Below, in pieces: positions 1 through 11,464 of a stretch of 35,654 bases of DNA. The notes beneath the pieces were generated by a model. That model did no database searches. It had not been told where the DNA came from and saw only the letters and a list, made by a program, of their open reading frames with translations. The stretch lies in the NCBI RefSeq assembly GCF_001194135.2, contig NC_068988.1, positions 60,493,980 through 60,529,633 on the forward strand. Reading direction: 5' to 3'. The DNA is from Octopus bimaculoides (taxonomy: Eukaryota). Positions within the stretch are counted from its first letter, which is position 1. The number at the start of each line of letters is the position of its first letter. The translations under genes were made by a program, and so were the position numbers.

Positions 1-127
1 ATATATATATATATATATATATATACATACATGTAGTAACATTCTTGCGCAGTAATCAACTGTGCACAAGGTGAGACACATAGCACAAAGTATGTCATGA
101 AAAACTTTTAGTGAGCTATATTTGTAT

Positions 128-1090
128 ATTGTCTTAAGTCTTAGGTCCTTCTGCGCCGTGTAGTGCATTGGGCGGCAAGGCTTCTCCAAGGTGGTTGGTG
201 GGCGCGTATATTGCCGATGGCATGACGATGCTGTTGAAGAGGCAAACTTTGGTCTTGGTGGAGATCGCCCTGCCTGCCCAGATGGGTTTGACTCTTGGAA
301 AGACAACCGAGGCCTTCGCAATCTGGCAGGCAACGTTGCGTTCGGCATCTCCGTCGTTGGCCACGACACTGCCCAAATAGGTGAACTCATCAACTTACTC
401 TATTTGAAGTTATCCAGTAATCAAGGGGATTTGGTGTTACCCAGTAGTCAATTGTTGTTCTCATCGACACATCCAATTCTCAAGCTCTCCATCTTGTTTA
501 CACTTATGCAGAGTCCGATCTTTGCCGCCTGCCGTACCAATCCCACACCACGGAATCCTAAATCCGCGTCGGCGCATCGCATCGTGCATGACGAAGTCGA
601 TCGCCATAAGAAATAATAGAGGGGATAGAATGCACCCTTGCCGTACACCGGTCTCAATGGCAAAGTAATCGGTGTAGCCCGTCTCCATTCGAACACAGCA
701 CCTAGATTCGCAGTAAAGGCTCCGAAAGGCGTCGACGAATTGCTCGGGAATGCCGAAGCCACAAGCGATGCATCTCAACGAACTCCGGTGTACGCTGTCC
801 AATGCCTTGACAAAATCAATGAAAATGATTGATTGCCGTTGCTGATATTTCAGGCTTTGTTCGATAATGTTGCGCAACGTGAAGATTTGTTCATTGCACG
901 ACCGTCCACATCGAAAACCAGCTTGTTCTTCTCAGAGCCTCTTATCCACTCCCCGTTGCAACCGTCTTAAGTGGACGGTACCGAAGACGTTTCCAGGGAG
1001 AGAGGGAAGCGTTATCCCTCTCCAATTAATGCAATTTGGGAGCTTGACGATTACCCCCACCCCGTTGCCAATCCTCTGGGACCCGGCCTG
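128..1090 (-). mobile_element. RTE-clade LINE relic (5'-truncated, defective RT, internal deletion near the 3' end)
   Basis: Translates VPEDWQR..NWRGITL..EEQAGFRCGRSCNEQIFTLRNIIEQ..FIDFVKALDSVHR..GVRQGCILSPLLF..LGSVV..KTKVCLFNSIV. Ends WRSLAAQCTTRRRRT* followed by a (TAAGAC)2 tail. Confidence 0.92.
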
Positions 1091-1309
1091 TCGACCAGCT
1101 AAATATTTGTATATGCAGGGGAAAATTGATTGTTTTTATCATGTACCCAGAAAGGAAGTTAGTGCCTAGACCCTTTAAAAGGCCTCAGAAACTGTTGCGA
1201 TATTGGGGGAAAATGTATTTTCAAACCGAATATTTGCAACTGAGTAAACTCCCCCAAAAGTACCTAATATGTTAAGTAGTGGTGTTGAATTCCGCGACGG
1301 GTGAAGTTT

Positions 1310-1412
1310 ATTGCTCATGTAGATATCAGCGGGATTTGAACTCAGAACTCAAAGAGTATGAAGAAATACCGTTATGCAGCTGATCCGATGTTCTTACAGC
1401 TCTGCCAATCTA
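1310..1412 (-). mobile_element. Family F tRNA-head SINE fragment
   Basis: gcgggatttgaactcagaac...gaaataccg matches the 24452-24684 copy. Confidence 0.6.
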
Positions 1413-2305
1413 CCTGCTGGGATTTGGACTTTTTTTTCGATCCCAACCAGCAAAATAAAAAGAAAGTTCAGCTTTGGCGCGATTTGATTGAAACCATATA
1501 AGAGTAGGAATAATAACGCATAGAAAGACTATCCAACACTCTAGTGACTAAGCCAATTTGCCGCCTTTATGCATATTGATAATTAGATATTTTTACCCTT
1601 CAGATATGTGCTTGGGTTTTGTTTTGTTTTTTATGTTAAATTATAGTTTGAATTTACCAAGTCGATACTAGGTGGGCCATAGACGATATGAAAAATATAT
1701 TGTGGGCCAAGGCAGAAGAAATGGGTTCCACATCATAGCACAAGTCTAGTGATTCATGTCAAATTAATGCTATATATTTTGAGGTTAACTTCTAGTTTTT
1801 CAATAAAGGATGCCGTATCGAGTCAATGTCAGTGCTAAGCTGACTTGTTGATCTTTTAACACGCTCTATATATTCTTCGATATTTCTTAATTTCCGTTGT
1901 GGTTTCTATCAATTATGGAAATTTCTTTCCACAGCCGTATATGATTTCTTTTCTTGCGCCATTTATCTTCAACGATTCTTCGTTAAACTGTTTCTACGCA
2001 CATTTATCTTATTCGTTGTTCCTTCTAATACAGATTACAGAAACTCGATTTGTAAGCTCAGTGCTGTTATTAAATCAATATGGCAGCGTTTACTGGTAAA
2101 AAAAAAAAAAGTATATTATACAGCATAAAAAACACTCTAGCTTCAGTATTAAAGGTTCCTAATTCGAATCTAATTCGGATTTTATAAACATGTCTAGGAA
2201 TAAGATGCCTGAAAGTTATTGGAGATCAAACCATTCGAAACAGAATAGATGTAAACATGAAAACACTTTTCATCTTTACTTTTGGAATTAATTATCTGAA
2301 TAATA

Positions 2306-2310
2306 TGTGT

Positions 2311-2388
<78 letters not shown>
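2306..2388. repeat. (GT)n microsatellite
   Basis: About 40 near-perfect GT units. Confidence 0.98.
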
Positions 2389-2391
<3 letters not shown>

Positions 2392-2464
2392 AGAGAGTGA
2401 GGCGGAGAAGTTTATGTATATATGCACAATACATTTTTGATGCAGAAAGATAAATGGAGAATGC

Positions 2465-3770
2465 ATAGGGTAAGTCAACAATTATGCTCACTCTTGCTTC
2501 TGTAATTTATTGAAACAAAAGCAGGAGTTGAACAATTACATTATTTTTCGACCTCATCTCTTGTTTTCTGATGCACCCCTTCCAGCAGTTCCCAAGTTTG
2601 CTTATCTCATCAGAGAAGAATGTCTTCGGCTGATCGCTTTCTACACTTCTTCGTCTGTAGCAAACCAACGACCTCGTGAAAGATGTTAGAGCGGTCCAAA
2701 GAGGTGGTGGTCAGAAAGATCGAGATCTGAGCTGCATACAGAATGTTCCTGCAACTCGAAACCAAAGTCTTCAATTGTTTCAACGATGTGGACGACCGTA
2801 TGTGGGCACGCGTTGCCGTGCAATATTAACACTTGGTTTGGCAATAGACCTAGGCATTTGATACGAATCATTGTTTTCTGTCTGTTGGCTAGCATTTCAC
2901 TGTAGCCTACACTCGTGACTGTAAGTATATTTTTCAGGTACTGTTCCAGTATAGACCCTTTTGCGTCCCCCAAAACGATCAGTATCACATTTTCTGTAGA
3001 AGGTTGAGACTTGAATTTATTTGTCGTGGACGATTCTGGGTTTCGTTTTCACTCCACACTCTTCCGTTTGGATTCTGACTGAAAGTGACGGACTCAGGTC
3101 TAGTCCTTTGTGGCTATTGTCTCCAAAAACAGCTTTTTGTTTTTATTGTATTAACGGTCGAATACACGGTGGCAGATCTCCACGCGATTGCGCTTATGAG
3201 TTTCAGTAAGCTCTCTTGGCACCCATCTCAAAGACTGTACGGAAGCGAAGCTTGTCTTGAATGATTTCGGATGTAGGACCCTGACTAATTTACAGAGAAC
3301 ATGCCACCTCATCGATGGTCACCAGTCGATTCACCAAAACCATCATGCGAGCTTGTTTGATTCTTCACATCAGTGGTGGAGATTTAAGGGTATCCTGATC
3401 CTTCTTCGTGCTTCACTCTTTTCCGGCAATTTTTAAACTTACCCCATCCAGTCATACATATTTCTACACAGTAAACCGCTGTCTCCATATTGTCCTTAAA
3501 GCCTGTGATGAATTTCAGCCCCTAACACCTTCAAACCAAAGAAGCACACCGCCAATGGTAGCAGCCATTTTTACGAAGTAATACAAGAAAGAAAACTGGA
3601 GAGACAAATTTCGAATCTCAGTATGATACCCATAAGTGTACAACCTTTTAGCACGAAGGCGCTGAATACAATGCGGCTTATCTAAAGGAAGTTTTCATGA
3701 AATGCAGATAACTGTTGGCTTCCAATTGTATATTATTTTAAGAAAAAATTGCGGAAAACGATAAATGTGT
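2465..3770 (-). mobile_element. Mariner (Tc1/mariner) element, full length, defective
   Basis: About 1.3 kb. Left end agggtaagtcaacaattatg resembles a mariner TIR; the right TIR near 3750-3770 is degenerate, so boundaries are approximate. Confidence 0.8.
2541..3568 (-). pseudogene. Mariner transposase pseudogene
   Basis: ATG at 3568 (MAATIG..AEIHHRL), WVPRELT at 3225-3204, HGNACPH (for HDNARPH), SSDLDLSDHHLFGPL, C-terminal DEVEK*. Multiple stops and frameshifts. Confidence 0.9.
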
Positions 3771-5539
3771 ATGTTTTAGCTATGTGTGTGTATGTGTCTG
3801 TATGTCTGTGTGCGTGTATGCGTATGTATGTGTGTGAGAACGTGTGCGTTTAATAAAAAAGCAGAAAAACAAATTCTCAGATAATTCACACTTTAATTAA
3901 TAAATATTGAACGTCTGCTCCATACACACCAGTAAATCTATAATTACATAATGAGGATACATAATTTTAATTAAATTTATTCAAAAGCTATATTTACTCA
4001 CATAGAAGTGTTGTGTTTATAAGACGACCGTTCTCAGACTAGATGCATCAAGACAGGGAGAAACAACAAAAAGAGGAAGAAGGTAAAAGAAAGAATGAAT
4101 ATATGGATAAGTAAATATGCAAATTATATATATGCATATATACATACATACAGTGATGTATAACAATATCAGATATTCTGGGTGATACAGTGATACATAC
4201 ACATATGTATANNNNNNNNNNATATAAAAGACAAAAAAGAGTGAAAAAACTACATAAGGCTTGTGTTATATGGTTAAAGTATATATTTAAATCGTTATGT
4301 TAGAGAAATGTTATAAGATTTTGAGTATAGTAACATTGATTTTGGAGAAATAATCGGTTTCGTATTTTCTTCTCAAATTTCTTTACTTATATTGTATTAT
4401 GTCTTCGCTATTGTGTAAAATATGGAGTTCCAGACAGAGGGGTGGGGTAATCAGGGATTTTTCCGGTATAAGGGAGATAATCAAAAATGTTGGGGAATGC
4501 TACTAGAAAAGCACTTTGTGTGCTGTACTCACGGGCATCGGAGATCATGGATTTTTTACACTAAAATATGAAGATTTCTGATTAGAAAAATCAGAGGATG
4601 CAAAAGTGATTTTTCACTACTTTCTTCCTGTTTATTTAGAGCTAACTCTGCCATTCTCCTGCTCTTCCAAGCTTACTTTCGAGGCACACAGCCTATTTAA
4701 CACTCAGGAAGAAAAACAGGTTGTCTACACATACACCTATGGCACTGTGTGATGCATGTCTAGAAGCCAGGCCTACTCCAAGTATTGTATACTTAATCAA
4801 CAAGGTCATCTTCTGTTATTTAACCCATAAATGGGTCTCTGGGGTGGTACTGCCACCCCAAACTAGATCGGGCGTGGGAGTAGTAGTGACTAAGACGTGA
4901 CTTCATAATCATCAGGACTTTTGAAGACCCGAGCTGGAACCTCATAAGAAGATGCAGAGAGATATCTTAATATCTTACTCAGAACATAGGAAATCTTGGT
5001 TTCAAATTTTGCCAAAAGGCTAGCAATTTTGAGGGGAAAGGGTGTCATTGATATCTACTCCAGTGCTTAACTAGTACAACTATTCGTAAAAAAAAATACT
5101 TATTAGAGACTGTGTGAGAAATGGTAAGTAATGATCAGAGACGCGAGATGTAAGTGAGATACGATGTAAACACAGAGAAGTGTGAAAAGGAATGTAAGAA
5201 AGAAAGTGGATGGAGTCAAGATGGAAATTGTGAGTAGAGGAAGGAAAAGGAGAAACAGTTGAGTGAGGGTTGGAAAAGATCTTGGGAAGCAAATATCAAC
5301 AGCATACAAATAACAACAGCACAATATCTAGAATTAGATAGAACAAAAATAAGCGTAACAAATACAGGATGTGTATTGTAGTTCGCTTGAAGCATTGTGT
5401 ATTGTTTGTAAAGAATAATAAGTTTGGATTGGTACAACAATGCAATCTAATAGAAACAATGAACTAAAAAAAAACAGGCAAATATAATAAAGAAGAAAAG
5501 CCGTTGGAAAACCGATTATAGCAACGACTCCATCTAAGA

Positions 5540-5576
5540 ATATATGAAGAAGGAATTTTATTCCGAAATATCATAT
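5540..5576 (+). ncRNA. Degenerate minimal hammerhead-ribozyme-like motif (Penelope type, C3 replaced by A)
   Basis: atat-ATGAAGA-A-GGAAT ttt ATTCC-GAAA-TATC-atat: stem I 4 bp, stem II 5 bp, palindromic AUAU stem III. Confidence 0.45.
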
Positions 5577-6170
5577 AAGACTATGGATGACTAAATTACA
5601 ACAGGTATATAGTCCATTTATTGTATTATAGTGCATTGTTGTACCATTCAAAACTTTTTATTCTTTAGTAACAAATAAAAATTTTGTTGTAGCAAGTGCT
5701 GCTGGCCATTCTCTGCGGCAATATCATTGTTAATAATGTCCCCGTTTTTTTCGTTGCTTAAATTCCTATTTCCTTCTCTTTGTTTTCTTGCTGAAGTAAT
5801 GTTGAGGTTTCTGTGGTTGATTTTTGATTTCACATATAGTTTTCTAAAGAAAAAGATCGTTTTTCTTTTTCGTTAATTCAACTTTTTGCACTTTTCATTG
5901 TTTCTGGTTTTTTTGTTTTTTTTAAATCAGTCTTCATTAGAACTAACCAATTATTCACCAGTAGTATCACCAATATTCAAAATGAGCGACCTTAATAAGC
6001 ACACATACACGCAGTTTACAGATGAAGAAAAGTACATATACGAACACAAGTACACTGGAGTAACCGCAGCCCAACATACATGTCCATAAACTCACCGGCA
6101 GCATTTACACGAAATAAATATTCGAGAACAATCTAAATAGATTATAATAATTCTGCACGAAGGTATTATA

Positions 6171-6582
6171 GGCGCAGGAGTGGCTGTGTGGTAAGTAGCT
6201 TCCTTACCAACCACATAGTTCCGGGTTCAGTACCACTGCGTGGCACCTTAGGCAAGTGTCTTCTACTATAGCCTCAGGCCGACCAAAGCCTTGTGAGTGG
6301 ATTTGGTAGACGGAAACTGAAAGAAGCCCGTCGTATATATGTATGTATGTATATGTATGCGTGTGTGTATGTTTGTGTCTGTCCTTGTCCCCCAAACATC
6401 GCTTGACAACCGATACTGGTGTGTTTACGTTCCCGTAACCTAGCGGTTCGGCAAAAAGATCGATAGAATAAGTACTAGACTTACAAAGAATAAGTTCTGG
6501 GGTCGATTTGCTCGACTAAAGGTGGTGCTCCAGCATGGCTGCAGTCAAATGATAGAAACAAAGAGTAAAACAGTAAAAGAGG
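6171..6582 (+). mobile_element. Family A tRNA-derived SINE with an internal TA/TG microsatellite
   Basis: A box TGGCTGTGTGG, B-box-like GGGTTCAGTACC. Colinear with the copies at 14816, 18841, 23101 and 32554. Confidence 0.9.
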
Positions 6583-6587
6583 TGTAA

Positions 6588-7199
6588 CACAATAATTTGG
6601 GGAAATGAAGGGACTTAACTCCGCAGAAATTTATTAAAGTTATTTCCCCTAAATAAAGAATATTGCATTTATTTGACAAAATTGATCAATTTTTACCTGG
6701 AGATATCAAAAATTACAAAATAATAATCCTGTCACGTACCATTTTTTCACTAACTCGATTATGGCATTTTACCGTTATGCCTGAATTTTATTCTTGTGTT
6801 TACTGTATTACTATCAATTGCCATACTAAGAAAGAGAAAAAAAGACAAAACAGCATAATAGATGTAATTTTGGAAAATGAGCATCTTACAAATTTTAGAC
6901 TACTTTAGCTACACCGAGAGGTGCACGCATCACTATAGCTTCAGTCATCTGCAAGCAGTGAAGAGGGAAAGATGTACTTTAAGAGGCTACTATGCTTAGA
7001 TTAAAACATATCTTTTATATTTCTATTTCAATTATCTCTTCGGGCTTTTATATGTATATATGCTATATACTTTGCTTTATTATATCATATGCTGCATTCC
7101 AATGCTTCTTTAAGGATATTATGTATGCTGTAAAAAAATGTCCCCCTCCCTTTTACTTATAGACCTCCTCATCGTTTGAAGCAACTATGTTTTCTAGAA
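6588..7199 (+). mobile_element. Chapaev3-like (CMC) transposon, 5' part including the start codon at 7187
   Basis: Pyrimidine tract plus AG at 7161-7162 precedes ATG TTT TCT AGA A, which joins in frame to 10572. The left end (TAA|CAC at 6588) is tentative and no matching right TIR was found. Confidence 0.5.
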
Positions 7200-7534
7200 C
7201 ACTGCTTCTCAAACTATCTGATGTCGCCTACCGGAAGTTTTTCTTTTCTTTTTTCCAATGTGCCAGGGACCGGTAATATTTCTTAGTAATATTAATTTAT
7301 ACTAGAAACAATAAATATAATGAATATAATAAAAGTTGTCAATTTTTTGATCTTATATTTATTTTGTAAACAAATAATACAATATTACATAAGCATTTTA
7401 TAATCTTAATCTTTACTAATGTGGGAGATGAGCCTTTGTCAGTTTATCCAGTCGTGGTTCAATTGAGGACAGTGCCACGCGCAATGGAGAATGAATATCC
7501 ATATTATTTCTGTACTTAGTCTTAATGACACTTA

Positions 7535-7840
7535 TCATCATCATCATCATCATCATCATTTAACGTCCGCTTTCCATGCTATTATGGGTTGGACGATTTG
7601 ACTGAGGACTGGCGAACCAGATGGCTGCACCAGGCTCCAATCTGATTTGGCCGAGTTTCTACAGCTGGATGCCCTTCCTAACGCCAACCACTCCGAGAGT
7701 GTAGTGGGTGCTTTTACGTGCCACCGACACGAAGGCCAGTCAGGCGGTACTGGCAACAGCCACGCTCAAAATGGTGTATTTTACATGCCACCTGCACAGG
7801 AACCAGTCCAGCGGTACTGGCAACGACCTCGCTCGAATGC
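7535..7840 (-). mobile_element. Family C RTE-tailed repeat inserted in the Buster transposase
   Basis: (CAT)n tail plus TTTAACGTCCGCTTTCCATGC. Splits ..GFSTM|SVIKTKY.. Confidence 0.9.
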
Positions 7841-8849
7841 TCATGGTTGAGAAACCAGTCTCGCAGAGGTATATTGAAGGAAATGGGAGAAGAGTTTTCA
7901 TAGCAATTTCACTAAGCTCAGGATATTCTGCTTTCACTTTAATCCAAAAGGAACCAAGTGATGTTGTAGTTTCGAAACTCCTTCGTCACCAGCCAGCTCT
8001 CACAATTTATCCTCCATAATAACACTTAAGTCATCTTGCAGTAGAATAAATGGATTTCGGATCCATCCATTCCCTTTCTATGGATCTTCTTCTGCTGGAA
8101 AGTAAAAGTGAAACCGGTCTGCCAGATTCGTCAAGTGTTCTCTGATGACATTTCGTAGAAATGTAATATTAAGGTCACCACCTGCATCAGCGACGATTGT
8201 TACTAACTGATGAAACATGTCAACAATCCCTTGACACTTGCCTCTTCCATGCTTCTAGCTTTCATTTCTGTCCGTCGATCTTGTCTGCCATCATTCCCTG
8301 CATGGAGCTGTTGAGATCATTTAAGATGGCAAAGATATCAGCCAAATAAGCCAGTTTGGCTAACCAATCCACATCTCCGAACAATTGTGACCAATTTGTT
8401 TTTTTATCCTGAAGAAACTCAGCAAGCTCGTTACGTAGCTTAAACACTCTTGACAGAACTTACCCCATCGACAACCAGCGTACATTGCATGCAATAGGAG
8501 CTGTTTATGATTAGCTCCCATATTATCACACGATGCAGTGAATAGTCTAGAATTTAAAGCATTCGCCTTTACACGGTTCACAATTTTTTACAACCTCGCT
8601 GAGCACACTGCTTAGTTCTGTTGACTTTTTTTTTTTTTGCAGAACTTTCTTGGTGAAGGAAGCAGTGCATCGATTTGCATTCTGGAGCAAGCGCCCTTAT
8701 TTGGGTGACCACTCCCGAATTCCGTCCTGCCAGTGCAGCAGCGCCATCAGAACATAAACCTACACAAAACTTGAAATCCAACCCACATTTGTTAACGATG
8801 TAGTGACTCACAATCTTGAACATTTCAGAACTAGTTGTTTTTGTTGGTA

Positions 8850-9289
8850 NNNNNNNNNNNNNNNNNNNNNNNNNNNNNNNNNNNNNNNNNNNNNNNNNNN
8901 NNNNNNNNNNNNNNNNNNNNNNNNNNNNNNNNNNNNNNNNNNNNNNNNNNNNNNNNNNNNNNNNNNNNNNNNNNNNNNNNNNNNNNNNNNNNNNNNNNNN
9001 NNNNNNNNNNNNNNNNNNNNNNNNNNNNNNNNNNNNNNNNNNNNNNNNNNNNNNNNNNNNNNNNNNNNNNNNNNNNNNNNNNNNNNNNNNNNNNNNNNNN
9101 NNNNNNNNNNNNNNNNNNNNNNNNNNNNNNNNNNNNNNNNNNNNNNNNNNNNNNNNNNNNNNNNNNNNNNNNNNNNNNNNNNNNNNNNNNNNNNNNNNNN
9201 NNNNNNNNNNNNNNNNNNNNNNNNNNNNNNNNNNNNNNNNNNNNNNNNNNNNNNNNNNNNNNNNNNNNNNNNNNNNNNNNNNNNNNNNN
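8850..9289. other. Assembly gap (others: 4212-4221, 13812-14397, 15670-16008, 23276-23563, 26495-26646, 27648-28316)
   Basis: Runs of N. Confidence 1.
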
Positions 9290-9536
9290 AACAAACTGCG
9301 GTTTTTGCACCCACCCCTCCATTATTCGTGGCTACAAAAGTGAATTGAATGTATGAAGCTAGGAGAAATTCTTTTTGCCAGCAATACTTCGGTTTCATTT
9401 ACATCCGCGTCATCTGATTCAAAATCGCGTTCAGCAACCAGATGTCTCGGTTTGATAAATATGTCCATAGGGCCTCGCTTCGCTATTTGTAAATTAGTGA
9501 TAAAAATAATTAATATTGTAGCAAATATTCGAGTGT

Positions 9537-9632
9537 TTCATCATCATCATCATCATCATCATCATTTAATGTCCGTTGTCCATGCTGACTGGGCTGGCAT
9601 GCTAAAGAAACTGCGCCAGGCTTCAGTCTGAT
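9537..9632 (-). mobile_element. Family C fragment (internally deleted)
   Basis: (CAT)n, ttaatgtccgttgtccatgc, ccaggcttcagtctgat. Confidence 0.75.
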
Positions 9633-10571
9633 TCTATCATTTTATTTAAATTTAGTTAAGGTAATTAGTTTCTTCTTTAATTTTTTTTAATGGAATAAAA
9701 TATTTTCCATTCGTAATTATAATTGAATTTTTTCTTCGTTTTTTTTTTTTTGTGTGTTAGAAAGAAAATTATTATTCTAGTATAATCTCTGGAATCTGGT
9801 GAACGCATTGTTCTTCTATTGTATTTAAAAATTAAATTTTGAGTTTTTTTCTATGTAATCATAATAAAGAAACCATTTGCCACAATAATAGAACACACAC
9901 TGTTACACCCACAATAACAATACACTTGTACTGATTGATTTTTTTTTCAGCTACTTGAGAAAACAGAACCGGTAGGTAAGGAATTTAGTTAATTAAGATT
10001 TTTAGTTCTCATAATCTTCGTTAAATTTTATTATTATATTACAAACAAGGTAAAAATGGGGAAGTTAAGATTATTCGTACTATTCTCGGATCAGTGGGTT
10101 ATGAGAGGGCCCCAAATGACAAACGCGCAGATATCCGTATGATGCTCTCTGTACAACTTCTTGATGGTAACTGCGGCTGACCAGCCTATTCAGAAGGTGC
10201 CAGATATCACCACTTACCTGAGCTCTACTACCTCAACTCACTCCGTTTTGATCTTTCCACACCACTAGAAACAGCTTCTTTTTTACAAACACAAACACTA
10301 ATATAATCTTAATACTACACCAGTAAGCTATGGTAAATAGAAAATATATTGTCATATCACAAATATACTACATTTACTTACACAATCTCTACCACGGTCA
10401 GTGGGTACCATGCTCCACCGGCCAGCTGATAAGTTGTTTTCTACAGTGCATAAGGTGAAATTATTCCATTGTTTCTTTTTTTTTCTGGAAACTCGCTGCA
10501 TACCGGCAGCTGATGGCTCGCGGAATGGCACCGGTCCGTGGACCACCACTTTGAGTAGCACTGTCCAAGAA

Positions 10572-10950
10572 GATGTGCTGCAAACCCGGTTAATTTTTGT
10601 TACAATTGTAGCAAGTTTAAAACTAAGAAACCTGAGAAGCATTACCGAATTTGACAAAATATCTTACAATATCGACTTTGGTGTTAAATTAGAAGTGCGA
10701 TCCTCATTAGGCCTGCTCGACAGTGGATAAAATAGACAAAGAAGTCTTTTCGTTTTGGAGCTCCAATAATATGGAGGGAGTCTAAAAATCAGTGATGACT
10801 GCTACTTTTCCTCCGGTAAAATGCGGGGACACAGTTCAAATAGTGAAAACAAACATTATTTATACAAATCTCAAATCAGTATTGCGACCTGCTATCTGCA
10901 GACCAGATGTTCCAGGCTCATCACCACCAGGAAACCTTAAAGACATTATT
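10572..10950 (+). pseudogene. Chapaev3-like transposase N-terminal (Chapa Cys/His) domain relic
   Basis: RCAANPVNFCYNCSKF..ITEFDKISYNIDFGVKL..RQWIK*TKKSFRFGAPIIWRESKN-SDDCYF..IYTNLKSVLRP, matching the recalled CxxC..FGxPxxWREPxNHxxDCYFC signature. Frameshifts present. Confidence 0.8.
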
Positions 10951-11230
10951 ATCAAAGCAATTTTTAAAATATTTCATTTCGCAGACCTGTGTATTCTACC
11001 CATACATTACTGGCCTGCAAAATATAACTATTTTAACCATATTCTTTTAGAAGTTTTCCTTGTAAACTTAACCTTTTAAATTATGTTTGATATTTTTTTA
11101 AAGTTGTACTTTTTAATTCCATGTTTCTTTTTATTTGACTGCATTGAAGTTGTTTAGCTCCAAGACCTCATCAAATTCAACAAACATACCTACTTACACA
11201 CGTACTAAACGCCAAAGCAACCAAATCCTT

Positions 11231-11464
11231 TATTTACATTCGACGGATATTTGTCCTCATCTTGTTTGTTGTTAACACAACGTTTCGGCTGATAAACCCA
11301 TACCTTAGGAATGAGAATCCAGGTTCGAAATTTCCCCAATACACCTGAAGAAGGCTGGAAGATATATCAGCCGAAACGTTGTGTTAACAACAAACAAGAT
11401 GAAGACAAATATCTGTCGAATGTAAATAATGTACATAATTCTTCATCTCTTAAATACAGAACTG
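11231..11464 (+). mobile_element. Short Penelope-like (PLE) non-autonomous insertion with an inverted 5' segment
   Basis: 12-bp TSD AACCAAATCCTT (11219-11230 and 11465-11476). 65-bp inverted repeat 11230-11294 / 11365-11429 (63/65). Contains a hammerhead motif. Confidence 0.82.
11341..11384 (+). ncRNA. Minimal type I hammerhead ribozyme motif
   Basis: ACAC-CTGAAGA-A-GGCTG gaagatatat CAGCC-GAAA-CGTT-GTGT. Full CUGANGA/GAAA core, stem I 4 bp, stem II 5 bp, palindromic ACGU stem III. Predicted cleavage after 11380. Confidence 0.75.

Larger units (their letters stand above)
7416..9468 (-). pseudogene. Buster-type hAT transposase pseudogene (ZBED5/SCAND3-like family)
   Basis: MDIFIKP.., VQKPQ (BED region), CVGLCSDGAAALAG, HCFLH, WLAKLAYLADIF, WIRNPF, EYPELSEIAMKTLLPFPSIYLCETGFS, SVIKTKYRN..LRVALSSIEPRLDKL..H*. 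Interrupted by stops, frameshifts, a family C insertion and a 440-N gap. Confidence 0.92.
7200..10563 (-). mobile_element. Buster/Charlie-type hAT transposon, defective, both termini present
   Basis: TIRs CACTGCTTCTCAAACT / CAGTGCTACTCAAAGT (13/16). 8-bp flanks TTCTAGAA / TCCAAGAA (6/8; Charlie-type NTCTAGAN target). Subterminal GGACCGGT at both ends (7267 and 10530). Confidence 0.88.

Noticed and set aside
2446-2469. 24-nt plus-strand micro-exon KDKWRMHR with a GTAAGT donor
   Set aside because: The apparent donor is part of the mariner terminal repeat (agggtaagtcaa).
8143-8170. CTGATGA followed by a CATTTC/GAAATG hairpin
   Set aside because: No GAAA core after the stem; it lies within transposase coding sequence.
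9951-9975. 25-nt plus-strand micro-exon LLEKTEPV with strong splice sites
   Set aside because: It lies inside the TSD-bounded Buster element and has no compatible partner exon giving a sensible protein; only RNA-seq could rescue it.
10211-10220. CACTTACCTG resembling the U1 snRNA 5' end
   Set aside because: No further U1 sequence follows; better explained as an antisense splice donor.
10850-10945. Protein-like minus-strand frame FPGGDEPGTSGLQIAGRNTDLRF
   Set aside because: It is the antisense of the Chapaev3-like coding relic.
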